Shown: in pieces, positions 9,382 to 18,872 of the stretch
How positions within the stretch are numbered: the stretch's first letter is position 1
How the letters are laid out: each line of letters opens with the position of its first letter
DNA from: a virus
Lineage: Duplodnaviria > Heunggongvirae > Uroviricota > Caudoviricetes
DNA length: 33,324 nt
Strand: one strand, 5' to 3'
IMG/VR virus record: IMGVR_UViG_2711768068_000019
The notes under the pieces: model-generated
The model's database searches: none
What the model was told of the DNA's origin: nothing
Seen by the model: the letters and a program-made list of their open reading frames with translations, nothing else
Program-made: the position numbers and the translations under genes

Positions 9382-9909
9382 TTATTGCGGCATTTCCGGC
9401 CATTCAGGATTTGCAGGATCCACACGGCTGATCAGAACGCTGTAGCGTTCCCATGACTCCAGTCGTGCGCATTCCTCATCCGTCGCCATATTCAGCCTGA
9501 CAGCGCGTTCCAGTGGCTGAATAACGCTTTCCGCTTCGGAAAGTAACGCGGCCTTTTGTGATTCTGCCTGTTGTTGCTGTTCATCTGCCGTATAAATCCG
9601 TTTAACCACAGCACCATCCTTAAACATCCATTTACCTGAGTCGTCAGCACGTCGGTTGGAGGTAATATCAGGAACCTCAACAACGCTAAAACCTTCAGGA
9701 TTAAGCGTTGAAGCATCTCTGGTGATAGCGACAATAATATTATTTTCATCGTAAACAATCTTTATTGTGTCTGACTGAAAGTTCTTCACTTCCTCATACC
9801 AGTTTTTCCCGTCTTCAGTGTAAAGCCAGATGACTCCATGCTTCTTTGTTAACTCATACTGTTCCAGTGTTTTAGCGTTACCCGCTTTTATGTTCTTTAA
9901 GTGCATCAT
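9382..9909 (-). CDS. G: Tail fiber assembly protein G
   Basis: 175-aa ORF immediately downstream of the tail fiber gene H; recognised as a P2 gpG-type tail fiber assembly protein. Confidence 0.85.
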   Translation of the reverse strand: MMHLKNIKAGNAKTLEQYELTKKHGVIWLYTEDGKNWYEEVKNFQSDTIKIVYDENNIIVAITRDASTLNPEGFSVVEVPDITSNRRADDSGKWMFKDGAVVKRIYTADEQQQQAESQKAALLSEAESVIQPLERAVRLNMATDEECARLESWERYSVLISRVDPANPEWPEMPQ

Positions 9910-9910
9910 A

Positions 9911-12166
9911 TTAAACGCTCGCTACATTATACCATGTGCCATTTATATACTTTTGAACGGGTCTGTAATAAACACCCGCAATATTATCGGCGGAGTTGGA
10001 ACCTGTATCCTGAACATTTATACCAGACAATACATGACCTGAAGGGCACTGGAAGTTCCATGTTTGCCAGTTGTTCACACCATAATATTGCTGTGAGCCA
10101 AGCCGAACATCTTTCACATATCTGGAATCAATGTTACCCCAGCTGCTTGGTTGTATCTGACCGTTTACAGCAAATGTCACCGAGTTATCTGTATTTCGCT
10201 GACTATAGAAATGCCAGCCTGAATCATCACCAAGCTCTGCAACAGTTGGTCTTGACGAATTTCCCCACAAGTTAAATGATGCATTATGGGCAGCGGTATT
10301 TGCACTTGAAAGTGTGAATAACTTACTTTCCCCAGCTTGAATACCCTTTAATGATATTGCTGAGCCATTTCTAAAGCGGAATACATGCACACCATTAGCA
10401 TAAGCATCCAGCACCCCATCACCATTTTGTTTAAACCCAGTATCGTTATCTCCTAAAACTATTGAATTCCCCCCCAGGGCATTAGCCGTTCCAATCCCCA
10501 GATTTCCGCTAAAAATGGCATTAATACCGAATATTGAGTGAGAACAATAAAACCCTCGCCCATTGTTAAAATCCAGAATGGCTTGTGCTTTCGTGCTTTC
10601 TGTCGCGGGATTAGTTGCTCCCCACTTATATGTTGTTTGACCGACGGTATAATCCTGAGTTGGAACAATAACCGTTAGCCCTTCTTCGGCAAAAACTCGC
10701 ACAGGAAAAGCCCTGCCTTCAACGTAAAAAACGCTGCATACATCATCTTCTTTCAGGCTTGTTACAATGGAATGGATTGCGCGCTCATTAGTCTGATATG
10801 TCGAAAAATAACCTGCTGCATATGAACCACGATCAGTCCAACCTCCGGGCATTACCATTCCATTAAATTCGCAGTTATTCATTGCGTAATCACCACCGGC
10901 AGATGTGGTTGTAATAACCACTCTGGAAGCCAGTTCGCCAGTGCTACCAGTGGAACGCCGGAAAATAACTGGATACCACTTTCCACCAACAGCATTAGAC
11001 GGCGCGTTAAATACGTACTGCCGCATTCCTTTTTTCTTATCCACCTCGCCTTTGCTGTAAACATTAATGTTACTCAGGAAGCGATCTTTATCAGGAATAT
11101 CCGCGCCGTTCTGATTTTTCTGCAATGCGCCAGAAGCCTGATTTACCGTTTCCTGCAAACCGAGATATTCGATAACGGCGGCAACGGTCGATTTAGCCAG
11201 AATATCCCGCCCGACTTTTGTCAGGGTTGCCAGGCTGGCAACATCATTCCCCGTAAAATACGGAAACCTGTCTGCCGCAGTAGCAAGCCCCGCCAGCGCC
11301 GTCAGGGTAGCATCTTTCGGTTGCTTACCCGCAAGCGCGTTAGTCATGGTGGTCGCAAAATTCGGGTCGTTGCCCAGCGCCGCCGCCAGCTCGTTCAGCG
11401 TGTTCAGTGCGTCAGGTGACGAATCTACAAGTGCGGCAATCGCGGCCATAACGAAAGCCGTGCTTGCGATTTGGGTATTATTCGTTCCCTGTCGTGCAGT
11501 TGGTGTTGTTGGCGTTCCGGTCAGTGCCGGGCTGTTTAATGGCGCTTTCTTGTTCGTTTCATCCATTACCGTCTTAACGGCTTTTGGCGTTGCGGCCAGC
11601 ATTTCAGACGTGCTGTTGGTCGCACTGCTTAACTGAGTAAAACCTTTTGCGGTCAGCGAGGCGTCCGGGTGACGTCGTGACTGTTCGTGCTCTGCAATTT
11701 TGTCATCAACGTAATCCTGCGTCGCCATCACCGTTGTGGTGTCAATGGTCAGCTCCACTGAGGCCACACTGCTGACGATGATGACCATGCGGCAGGTCTG
11801 CGAACGCCCTGAACCTTCGGCAAGAGCTGGCTTATAACTTTCGGCCATGTTCGCCACGGCAATTAACGTTCCCGCATCATCGTACAGGCCAAGCTCACGC
11901 ATCCAGAAACCGCCCACCTCCGGCGGAATAACCAGCTCTGCGATAATATAATTACTGTTTCGTTTGTCCTGACTGATTTTGTTCAGCGCATGTCGCCAGA
12001 CTTCGTGGATAAGCCCGGTCTGTCCGGCATCCGGGACAGGCAATTTACCACCGCCATCCCCGACGGCCATCGTGGTAATGTTGACCTTCCGCCCTCCCGG
12101 TGCGGTTGCCGCTGCCAGCTTTGCTGCACCGGCAGTGGTGATAACGGTTTTGAATTTTGTGCTCAT
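9911..12166 (-). CDS. H: Tail fiber protein H (mosaic; C-terminal receptor-binding region differs in composition)
   Basis: 751-aa ORF; the N-terminal part is recognised as P2 gpH. The C-terminal roughly 40% (about 9911..10900) is lower in GC and rich in Gly/Asn/Ser/Trp/Tyr. It is longer than the roughly 669 aa I recall for P2 H. Confidence 0.85.
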   Translation of the reverse strand: MSTKFKTVITTAGAAKLAAATAPGGRKVNITTMAVGDGGGKLPVPDAGQTGLIHEVWRHALNKISQDKRNSNYIIAELVIPPEVGGFWMRELGLYDDAGTLIAVANMAESYKPALAEGSGRSQTCRMVIIVSSVASVELTIDTTTVMATQDYVDDKIAEHEQSRRHPDASLTAKGFTQLSSATNSTSEMLAATPKAVKTVMDETNKKAPLNSPALTGTPTTPTARQGTNNTQIASTAFVMAAIAALVDSSPDALNTLNELAAALGNDPNFATTMTNALAGKQPKDATLTALAGLATAADRFPYFTGNDVASLATLTKVGRDILAKSTVAAVIEYLGLQETVNQASGALQKNQNGADIPDKDRFLSNINVYSKGEVDKKKGMRQYVFNAPSNAVGGKWYPVIFRRSTGSTGELASRVVITTTSAGGDYAMNNCEFNGMVMPGGWTDRGSYAAGYFSTYQTNERAIHSIVTSLKEDDVCSVFYVEGRAFPVRVFAEEGLTVIVPTQDYTVGQTTYKWGATNPATESTKAQAILDFNNGRGFYCSHSIFGINAIFSGNLGIGTANALGGNSIVLGDNDTGFKQNGDGVLDAYANGVHVFRFRNGSAISLKGIQAGESKLFTLSSANTAAHNASFNLWGNSSRPTVAELGDDSGWHFYSQRNTDNSVTFAVNGQIQPSSWGNIDSRYVKDVRLGSQQYYGVNNWQTWNFQCPSGHVLSGINVQDTGSNSADNIAGVYYRPVQKYINGTWYNVASV

Positions 12167-12176
12167 TATTCCTCAC

Positions 12177-12707
12177 TTATCCGGGGTAAACCGTAATTAC
12201 ATCGCCGTCGTAAGCCACACCACCGGCGAACAGGTAGCCGGGAATGTCCCGGGTAATGTTCAGGCCAATAAGGTGGCGGCTTGCAGGTTTGGCATCAGCA
12301 ATCAGCCGTTCCATTTCCTGATACATTGCCTCTGTGATGCCGCTTTCCAGCACACCGATATCAAGGCGAAAGGTGCCGGGCGGGTCGTTTGTCTCCCACC
12401 ATTCCTTTACGTTAATGAGATAGCCGAGCGGCTCCACCACACGCCGGATTGCGCCTATAGTGCCTTTATGACAGTGGATGAAATAGGCATCGCGAATAAC
12501 GGCGCGTTTTGTCGCTTCCGGCCACTTTTCATCCCACCTGTCGACCGAAAACGCCCATGCCAGCCACGGCAGCAAATTTGCCGGGCAAGTGTCCGGGTTC
12601 CACAGCTCACGAATCCTGACCGGCGTTTTTTCAATTTCCGCACAGGCTTTTGCGGCAGCAACTTCAAGCGGTGATGAGCCGGTCGGCAGCAGTCGCGAAT
12701 CACTCAT
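12177..12707 (-). CDS. I: Baseplate assembly protein I
   Basis: 176-aa ORF, ATG start, recognised as P2 gpI; synteny J-I-H. Confidence 0.9.
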   Translation of the reverse strand: MSDSRLLPTGSSPLEVAAAKACAEIEKTPVRIRELWNPDTCPANLLPWLAWAFSVDRWDEKWPEATKRAVIRDAYFIHCHKGTIGAIRRVVEPLGYLINVKEWWETNDPPGTFRLDIGVLESGITEAMYQEMERLIADAKPASRHLIGLNITRDIPGYLFAGGVAYDGDVITVYPG

Positions 12708-13608
12708 CCGAGCCTCCGGTCACGACGCGGTATTCGGTGCAGAAAGACGCCTGCGTACTGTTGAGCACGATGTCGGCCAGTGGTGCGGCCAGTTCGACAC
12801 GCTGCACGCCTTCCACATGCAAAGCGGCATAAATGGCAGACAGACGGATGTCGCGCCCCAGCCGGTGCTGTGCCGTGATGTATGCTTCCAGTTTTTTCAC
12901 GGCGGCCGCGCGGATGGGTTCACTTTCGGGACCAGGGTAAAGGTAAAGCGTGGCGTTTATCTGGTATTCAACAATGGCGGCAGACTGCACGGTCACGCGG
13001 TCGGCCACCGGTCTGACGTCCTCGCCATTCAGGGCGTTACGCACCACCGCCAGCAGGTCTTCGGATGCGACACCGTTATTCTCACGTGACAGCACAGAGA
13101 TGGTGACGCAGGCCGGAGACGGACTGGTGACAGAGATATCCGCGACACGCCCGTCAGCACTGCGACCATGATACTGATAGGCACCCACCGACCCGGCGAC
13201 GCTTAAACCTTCAAACGCCTGCTGAATACGCAGACGATAATCGGTATCAGATTCCATCACTGCCGGTGTCGGCGGGATAGTCGAATCATCTGCCGGGGTG
13301 ATAGTCAGACGCGTGGTGTTGTAATTGGCACCAATCACATCAAGGTCATTACCCGCGGCACAGGCCAGCATCACCGCCCGTGCGGCCTCATTCACACGCT
13401 GACGCCAGATAAGCTCACGATAAGCATTTTCCTCCAGCAATTTGACGAGAGGCTCGGATTCCAGCGTCAGGGTACGGGCGACCGCCTCCTGCTGGTCTTC
13501 CGGGTAAAGGGAAATCAGTGTCGCCTTGCGTTCGGCGAGAATGGTTTCAAAGTCCAGCTCCTCAACCACATCCGGTGCGGGTAGCTGGTTCAGGTCGATA
13601 ATCGGCAT
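12700..13608 (-). CDS. J: Baseplate assembly protein J
   Basis: 302-aa ORF, ATG start, recognised as P2 gpJ. Confidence 0.9.
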   Translation of the reverse strand: MPIIDLNQLPAPDVVEELDFETILAERKATLISLYPEDQQEAVARTLTLESEPLVKLLEENAYRELIWRQRVNEAARAVMLACAAGNDLDVIGANYNTTRLTITPADDSTIPPTPAVMESDTDYRLRIQQAFEGLSVAGSVGAYQYHGRSADGRVADISVTSPSPACVTISVLSRENNGVASEDLLAVVRNALNGEDVRPVADRVTVQSAAIVEYQINATLYLYPGPESEPIRAAAVKKLEAYITAQHRLGRDIRLSAIYAALHVEGVQRVELAAPLADIVLNSTQASFCTEYRVVTGGSDE

Positions 13609-13612
13609 GGTT

Positions 13613-13960
13613 TCAACTCACAGGGATGGTTAACGAAAGTGGCTGGCCGGTGTCGTTGTGCTGACCGGTTAACGTGACCGTCATTCGCCCGTCAAAACTG
13701 CGCGCCGTGGTGACAGATGACAGGGTGACGCGGGGTTCCCATTTCAGCACTGCCATGTAACAGGCGACCTTAATCTGCAACTCAAGCGCCGGGGTCTGCG
13801 GCTGGTCAATCATTGACGCCAGCAACGAGCCGTAATCACGACGCATCACCCGTGAGCCGACGGGGGTACGCAGGATATCGCCGATACTCTGGCTGATATG
13901 CTCAAGGTCAGTGACAGTCAGGCCATCACTGCGATTCATTCCGAGATAACGCGCAGTCAT
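13613..13960 (-). CDS. W: Baseplate assembly protein W (gp25-like)
   Basis: 115-aa ORF recognised as P2 gpW. Confidence 0.9.
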   Translation of the reverse strand: MTARYLGMNRSDGLTVTDLEHISQSIGDILRTPVGSRVMRRDYGSLLASMIDQPQTPALELQIKVACYMAVLKWEPRVTLSSVTTARSFDGRMTVTLTGQHNDTGQPLSLTIPVS

Positions 13961-14592
13961 AGAGGTCCCCCGGTTGTGCCGCCGCTGTCGCCGGGGTGTT
14001 TATGGGTATGCAGTACCTTACCGTTTGATGAGAGCTCACCGCCGGTGTGTTCAATGTTGCCGCGCATCGTCCCGCCCTTCTGCACTTCCAGCGTGCCGGT
14101 AATCAGCCTGTTGGTGCAGACCACCTCCGGTGTGTCCAGGGTGATGCGGGTTGATGCTTTCACCATGACCACCGGCACCGTGGCAGTAACAGAATCAGAA
14201 GCCGTCACGCTGGCCGTTTTAATTCCGCTTACCGTGAGTGCACTGGTTTCGGGTTCATACTCAATCACCGCCCCGTCAGGGAAACGGATATGCAGGGCAT
14301 CCGCCGACGCAGACGGCGCGGGGTTATCGCCGGAATAAATCCCCGGCAGAACGAACGCCGTGTCGAGTTCACCGCCCACGGCCAGAATCAGCACCTGTTC
14401 CCCCACGGAAGGTGCCCACCATGTGCGCGAACGTCCGGCGCGATGGGTCAGCCACTGCAGCCAGTCGGTACACATGCCGCCGGTCTGCACACGGCAGCGA
14501 CCGGCGTTAAGGTCGGTTTCGACGATAATGCCGGTGCGGATCATGTTGCGCAGTGCGCGCGCGAGTTCCTGAATATTTGCGAGAGTGTTCAT
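13957..14592 (-). CDS. V: Baseplate spike protein V
   Basis: 211-aa ORF recognised as P2 gpV; overlaps the W start. Confidence 0.9.
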   Translation of the reverse strand: MNTLANIQELARALRNMIRTGIIVETDLNAGRCRVQTGGMCTDWLQWLTHRAGRSRTWWAPSVGEQVLILAVGGELDTAFVLPGIYSGDNPAPSASADALHIRFPDGAVIEYEPETSALTVSGIKTASVTASDSVTATVPVVMVKASTRITLDTPEVVCTNRLITGTLEVQKGGTMRGNIEHTGGELSSNGKVLHTHKHPGDSGGTTGGPL

Positions 14593-14658
14593 AACGGGAA
14601 GGATGCCGCCGGGTCATACCGGCGGCAATGTGACGATGAGGTGTCGGGAATGGCACAA

Positions 14659-15111
14659 CTAACGGTCGAGGTGAGCCAGGATAATCTCTTCAATCATCTG
14701 CACATCCTCACCGGTAAAGCCGAGCAGAGGACGCGCCGGATAATCAATTTTCTTACCGTCTTTCCGGGTTTCTTCCGACAGACCGAACTGATGCACACTG
14801 GCGATTTTCGGTGACTTTCCGCCGTAAAACTCCATTGATGCCTGTTCCGGGCTGGCGCGGATATGCAAAAAACGACTGGTGATAAGTTTCGCAAACATTT
14901 TTCGCTTAACGCGACCGGTCTTTTTTCTGGCGCTCTGCTGCTGGCGTGGTGCGTAGGGTGTGCCGTCCGGGGCTTTCTGTGCCATCACCCGGCGCTGCTG
15001 ACTCTGCCGCAGACGTTTCGCCAGTTCGGCGCTCAGTCGCCGACGCCCTGACGGTGACAGCGATTCAATCAGTCCGGCCAGCCGGTCTTCAAAACGCTTA
15101 AACTCATTCAT
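14659..15111 (-). CDS. S: Tail completion protein S
   Basis: 150-aa ORF recognised as P2 gpS; overlaps the R stop. Confidence 0.9.
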   Translation of the reverse strand: MNEFKRFEDRLAGLIESLSPSGRRRLSAELAKRLRQSQQRRVMAQKAPDGTPYAPRQQQSARKKTGRVKRKMFAKLITSRFLHIRASPEQASMEFYGGKSPKIASVHQFGLSEETRKDGKKIDYPARPLLGFTGEDVQMIEEIILAHLDR

Positions 15112-15571
15112 CCCACTGGCTCACCAGTTCGCCATTGATATAAAGCTCCACCGGGCGGGTGACCGGCTCCGGCGGCGGAGGTTCCGGGATATTCTTCACA
15201 TGCAGTGCGCCGTCCACCTCACTGACCAGCGTGCGCTCGGTCAGCATCAGGCTGATGCTGATATCAAAGCTGCTGTCATTGTTGATGTCCGCATAAAACG
15301 TGAAGCCCTTTTTCTGGCCTTCGTCGGTGGTCATGATGTCGGGCTGATTTTCCCGCAGCCACGCCAGCACCGGCACGATGAGCAGGTCAAAATCACCGGT
15401 AAAGTCGGTCACAATGACATTGAGCGTGTAACGCTTTTCAAATGACAGCGACGTCGCCAGTGTGGAGGCAATACTTCCGTTATCCACGAATATCCGCAGC
15501 ATCTCGGGACTGGTTTTCAGCACCGTGACGGCATCAGTCAGCGCCCTGCGCAGGCTGTCGGGTTTGAGCAT
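15104..15571 (-). CDS. R: Tail completion protein R
   Basis: 155-aa ORF recognised as P2 gpR. Confidence 0.9.
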   Translation of the reverse strand: MLKPDSLRRALTDAVTVLKTSPEMLRIFVDNGSIASTLATSLSFEKRYTLNVIVTDFTGDFDLLIVPVLAWLRENQPDIMTTDEGQKKGFTFYADINNDSSFDISISLMLTERTLVSEVDGALHVKNIPEPPPPEPVTRPVELYINGELVSQWDE

Positions 15572-15824
15572 CGTTTCCGTCCTGACAGTGTTTAATCATT
15601 TTTATCTGGCTGGCACAGTGTGCCAGCGCGTTCTCAAGCTGCCGGATATCGGCACTTAAATCACCGTTCGTCTCCGGGTCACTGCCCGGCATCGGGCAAA
15701 GGCTCACTTTCGGGCAGGCGTTGTGGACAATCACTGGCGTCAGTGCAGGCCGGGCGCTGGTGCAACCGGCGCACAGCATCAGGCAGGTTAGCGCCGTACC
15801 AGCGGCGAAAATCTTCGTTTTCAT
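15534..15824 (-). CDS. lysC: LysC, outer-membrane spanin (Rz1-like lipoprotein), embedded in an alternate frame
   Basis: 96-aa ORF, ATG start. N-terminal signal peptide MKTKIFAAGTALTCLMLCAGC with a lipobox-like Cys, and a Pro-rich mature region. It overlaps the 3' end of lysB in another frame and the 5' end of R. Confidence 0.8.
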   Translation of the reverse strand: MKTKIFAAGTALTCLMLCAGCTSARPALTPVIVHNACPKVSLCPMPGSDPETNGDLSADIRQLENALAHCASQIKMIKHCQDGNDAQTRQPAQGAD

Positions 15825-16104
15825 TCAGTAACCTCGTGATGGTTTTCTCGCGCTGTGCTTCACGCTTCGCGGCGTTCTCCAGCTCCTGACGCAGTGCCAC
15901 CTGCGCCAGCTCGTTTTTGTCTGCCCTGGTAAGGGCAACATGAAGCTGGTTTTTCAGCATGGTGATGGTCGTCTGCTGCCCGCTGGCGACATTGTTTGCC
16001 CTGTCCAGCGAGACGCGCAGGCTGGCGTTTTCATGCTTCACCAGAAACAGTCCCGCCACCGCCAGCGATAACAACACGACCAGCACAATCATCAGCTTTG
16101 ACAT
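15679..16104 (-). CDS. lysB: LysB, inner-membrane spanin (Rz-like)
   Basis: 141-aa ORF with an N-terminal transmembrane helix (IVLVVLLSLAVAGLFLV) and a coiled-coil periplasmic region. Confidence 0.85.
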   Translation of the reverse strand: MSKLMIVLVVLLSLAVAGLFLVKHENASLRVSLDRANNVASGQQTTITMLKNQLHVALTRADKNELAQVALRQELENAAKREAQREKTITRLLNENEDFRRWYGANLPDAVRRLHQRPACTDASDCPQRLPESEPLPDAGQ

Positions 16105-16517
16105 GGTTCCCGCCCCTCAAAACGCTGACGACAGGCCGTACGTATCAGCCGGAATAACAGCGCCGCCACGAGATAAATCAGCGCGGTAAAAATCCACCCG
16201 GCAGCGACCAGCGAGATAAACGTCGCCACCATCACCACCAGACCCATCGCCCGTCTGCACCACGGCACCGGCTGCAAATACAGCGACGTGACAATCTTCA
16301 CGGCCAGCGATTCCGGCGGAAGCTCCCGCCCGTAGCGTTCAAGTACATACTCAGTGGCATACACGCCGACACCACCGGCAACCACACAGATAACCATCGC
16401 CAGAATCGCCCAGGCGGCGACAAAACTGACGGCCACGCTCTGCGGGTAAATCAGGGACAGTGCCAGCATCAGCGCCAGCGACACGTTCAGCATCAGTGAA
16501 AGGGATAATTTCTTCAT
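16092..16517 (-). CDS. lysA: LysA, lysis timing regulator (multi-pass membrane protein)
   Basis: 141-aa ORF with several hydrophobic helices; position between K and lysB as in P2. Confidence 0.85.
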   Translation of the reverse strand: MKKLSLSLMLNVSLALMLALSLIYPQSVAVSFVAAWAILAMVICVVAGGVGVYATEYVLERYGRELPPESLAVKIVTSLYLQPVPWCRRAMGLVVMVATFISLVAAGWIFTALIYLVAALLFRLIRTACRQRFEGREPCQS

Positions 16518-16531
16518 GGTGTTTACTCCGT

Positions 16532-17029
16532 TTAAGCCGGTACGCCGCCAGCGGTACGCCAGACGGTGACCAGTTTTTCCAGTGAATGCTCACGCTGACC
16601 GTAACCGGCTCCCGGCAGGGACGCCCAGATATTGCGACAGCGTGAAATGGCGCGCTCAATGCGTCCCGCCCGGATGTCATCCAGTGCACCGCGTTCGCGG
16701 ATCAACTGAATGGCAAGTCTGTCCTGTGACAACGGACTGAAATCCGGCAGGGCAAGCTGTTTGCGGTAGTGCGGCCAGAACAGGTAAAGCTGCTGATAGC
16801 GACCGGAAGCCGTGGATTTTTCACCGCGACGGTTAAACACCTTCGCCGGTCGGCCATGCGCGAACGGGTGGTCACTGTAGTCGGTGAAGATTTCCGGCTT
16901 TCCGTCCAGTCCGGTGACTATCACGTCATAGCCCCGGTTTTTCGTCAGCGGGTGATTCGCCGTCCCTTCGGACACCGCCAGCATGTCGAGAAAGGCGGCG
17001 ATATTCTGATGCGTGTTAATTACCGGCAT
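16532..17029 (-). CDS. K: Endolysin K (lysozyme)
   Basis: 165-aa ORF, ATG start, recognised as P2 gpK. Confidence 0.9.
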   Translation of the reverse strand: MPVINTHQNIAAFLDMLAVSEGTANHPLTKNRGYDVIVTGLDGKPEIFTDYSDHPFAHGRPAKVFNRRGEKSTASGRYQQLYLFWPHYRKQLALPDFSPLSQDRLAIQLIRERGALDDIRAGRIERAISRCRNIWASLPGAGYGQREHSLEKLVTVWRTAGGVPA

Positions 17030-17310
17030 TACGGTTTCCCCCTGCCCTTAAAGCGGCGCTGAATGGCAATCTCAATCACCTGATAACCGGCGATACCCAG
17101 CATGGAGCCGATGCCGCACACCGCAGGCAGTGACAGGTCAGGAAACTGCACCAGAACAACACCGGCAACCATCGAAACAAAACCACCGAGCAACATGCGC
17201 CCGATAAACAGACGCGGGGTGATGGGTTCACCACCGGCAAGCACCTTGCCGACAACAATCAGCACCCCAATCATGAAAAGCGACAGGACGCTTTTTTCTT
17301 CTGCTGTCAT
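17029..17310 (-). CDS. Y: Holin Y
   Basis: 93-aa ORF with hydrophobic helices and a charged C-terminus, immediately upstream of K. Confidence 0.9.
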   Translation of the reverse strand: MTAEEKSVLSLFMIGVLIVVGKVLAGGEPITPRLFIGRMLLGGFVSMVAGVVLVQFPDLSLPAVCGIGSMLGIAGYQVIEIAIQRRFKGRGKP

Positions 17311-17313
17311 GCG

Positions 17314-17517
17314 TTACTCCCACAGATTGACAGTTTCAGCCACGGGCGCGGTCTGAACGTCGGGCAGTTCGACGGCGGTGCCGTGTGGCAGCACCGCACC
17401 CAGTTCAGCCAGTCCCGGATTTGCGGCGAGCACGGTCTCAACCACGCCCTCAGTGCGCCCGTAATACCGGACACAAATGGCGTCGAGCGTGTCGCCCTGT
17501 AGCGCAAAGGTCTTCAT
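17314..17517 (-). CDS. X: Tail protein X (LysM-like)
   Basis: 67-aa product MKTFALQGDTLDAICVRYYGRT... from the internal ATG. The longer track ORF begins at a GTG and overlaps L. Confidence 0.85.
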   Translation of the reverse strand: MKTFALQGDTLDAICVRYYGRTEGVVETVLAANPGLAELGAVLPHGTAVELPDVQTAPVAETVNLWE

Positions 17518-18026
17518 CAGATTTGACTCACGATGCAGCGCGGCTTGTCCTGGATACGCGCCACCGCCCAGCGCATATCCCGCCACAGTTCATCAATGGT
17601 GCTGTCAATGCTGTCAGCCTTCTTGTCGCCTTTCGCACTGGCATCCACGCCGCGATAACGCTCATAAAGCGACGCGGTCGCCATCGCGCACACGGCGCGC
17701 TCGTAGTAAAAAACTCTGATGCTTTCACCGTCGATGTCGTCCGCCGGGACGTCCGCCAGACGCGTAAAACCGGCGGCAATTTTCTGTTCGCGGTACTCGT
17801 ACAGCTCCGCATTCGTCTCCGCCATGCCTGACTTGATGGCCTCACGCAGACGGGCGGGGGCGACGGTCTGCTCAAGGCGCATACGTTCCCGGACGCGCTT
17901 CGGGTCGATATCGGGAAAAAAGAACGTGTTTTTAATCACCGGCTCGTCGCCTGCCGGTTGCGGGATGACCACCGTACCCTCACCGGACACGGGAGCCTCC
18001 TTTCGCGGAATAATCAGCGTCATCAT
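17517..18026 (-). CDS. L: Head completion/stabilisation protein L
   Basis: 169-aa product from the ATG at 18024-18026 (MMTLIIPRK...), matching the P2 gpL length; the upstream extension in the track is probably not translated. Confidence 0.85.
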   Translation of the reverse strand: MMTLIIPRKEAPVSGEGTVVIPQPAGDEPVIKNTFFFPDIDPKRVRERMRLEQTVAPARLREAIKSGMAETNAELYEYREQKIAAGFTRLADVPADDIDGESIRVFYYERAVCAMATASLYERYRGVDASAKGDKKADSIDSTIDELWRDMRWAVARIQDKPRCIVSQI

Positions 18027-18125
18027 GACTACCTCTGAAAAGTCGGGCGGTGGACGCCGGTACAGCGTCAGGTGATTCACCATCACTGACCGGCGTGCCG
18101 CCCTGGCGCGGGGCGCATTCGGTTG

Positions 18126-18869
18126 TTAACTGGCTTTCTTTTTCGGGCGTCCACGTTTTGCCGGTGTCACGCTCCGGGTCTTACGCGGGGTACGGGTGGC
18201 CGCTTTGGGCTGCGGCTCCGGCTTCGGTTTCAGCTCCCGCTCCAGTCGTTCAATCTCTTTTTTGACGCCTGCCTGACAGTCGAGCTGTGTCGCACGTTGC
18301 AGGTGAGCCAGCGCACCGGCGGCATCACCACCGTCACGCAGAAACAGACCGGTGATTTTGTGCAGCTTTGCGCGCACTTCATCAGGCATGTCAGCCGTGG
18401 CGGTCAGTTCAAGGGTCTCCGTCAGCAGGCGGGTATCCACGGATTCACCGGCAGCGTGAGCGCGCATGGCCGCAAGCGCCACCTCCTCGGTGAACATGTA
18501 CGGCGGGGTACGGCGGTGTTTACCCGGCATGGTCAGACCGTACTTCAGGGCATAACGGGCAATCTCCAGCGCACCGGCAATATCGCCGGTATCCAGACGC
18601 CACAGCATGACCGTCATCAGAATGTCATCCTGTGCGCCTTTGCCCTGCTCCAGCACGCCGTTCACCCACGGCAACCAGAACGGCAGCAGTTCGCGTTTTT
18701 TCGCGGCCTTCAGCTCTTTTGAATAAATCGCTTTCAGTGTGCGCTGGTCTGCGGCCAGCTTGACCAGCATCTGCTCATAGACAGTTGCATGTCGCAGCGG
18801 GGCGGCTTCCCGCTGCGCGGTCATCGCTGCCGAGACCCGCATCATGTGGCGCTGTGCGGGACTCGTCAT
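18126..18869 (-). CDS. M: Terminase endonuclease (small) subunit M
   Basis: 247-aa ORF with a basic Lys/Arg/Pro-rich C-terminus; synteny N-M-L. Confidence 0.9.
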   Translation of the reverse strand: MTSPAQRHMMRVSAAMTAQREAAPLRHATVYEQMLVKLAADQRTLKAIYSKELKAAKKRELLPFWLPWVNGVLEQGKGAQDDILMTVMLWRLDTGDIAGALEIARYALKYGLTMPGKHRRTPPYMFTEEVALAAMRAHAAGESVDTRLLTETLELTATADMPDEVRAKLHKITGLFLRDGGDAAGALAHLQRATQLDCQAGVKKEIERLERELKPKPEPQPKAATRTPRKTRSVTPAKRGRPKKKAS

Positions 18870-18872
18870 CGG

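Noticed and set aside
11979-12674. 231-aa plus-strand ORF spanning the H/I junction
   Set aside because: Antisense to two conserved tail genes; composition typical of out-of-frame GC-rich sequence.
18123-18722. 199-aa plus-strand ORF inside the small terminase gene M (similar case at 19368..19958 inside N)
   Set aside because: Antisense artefacts of GC-rich coding regions.
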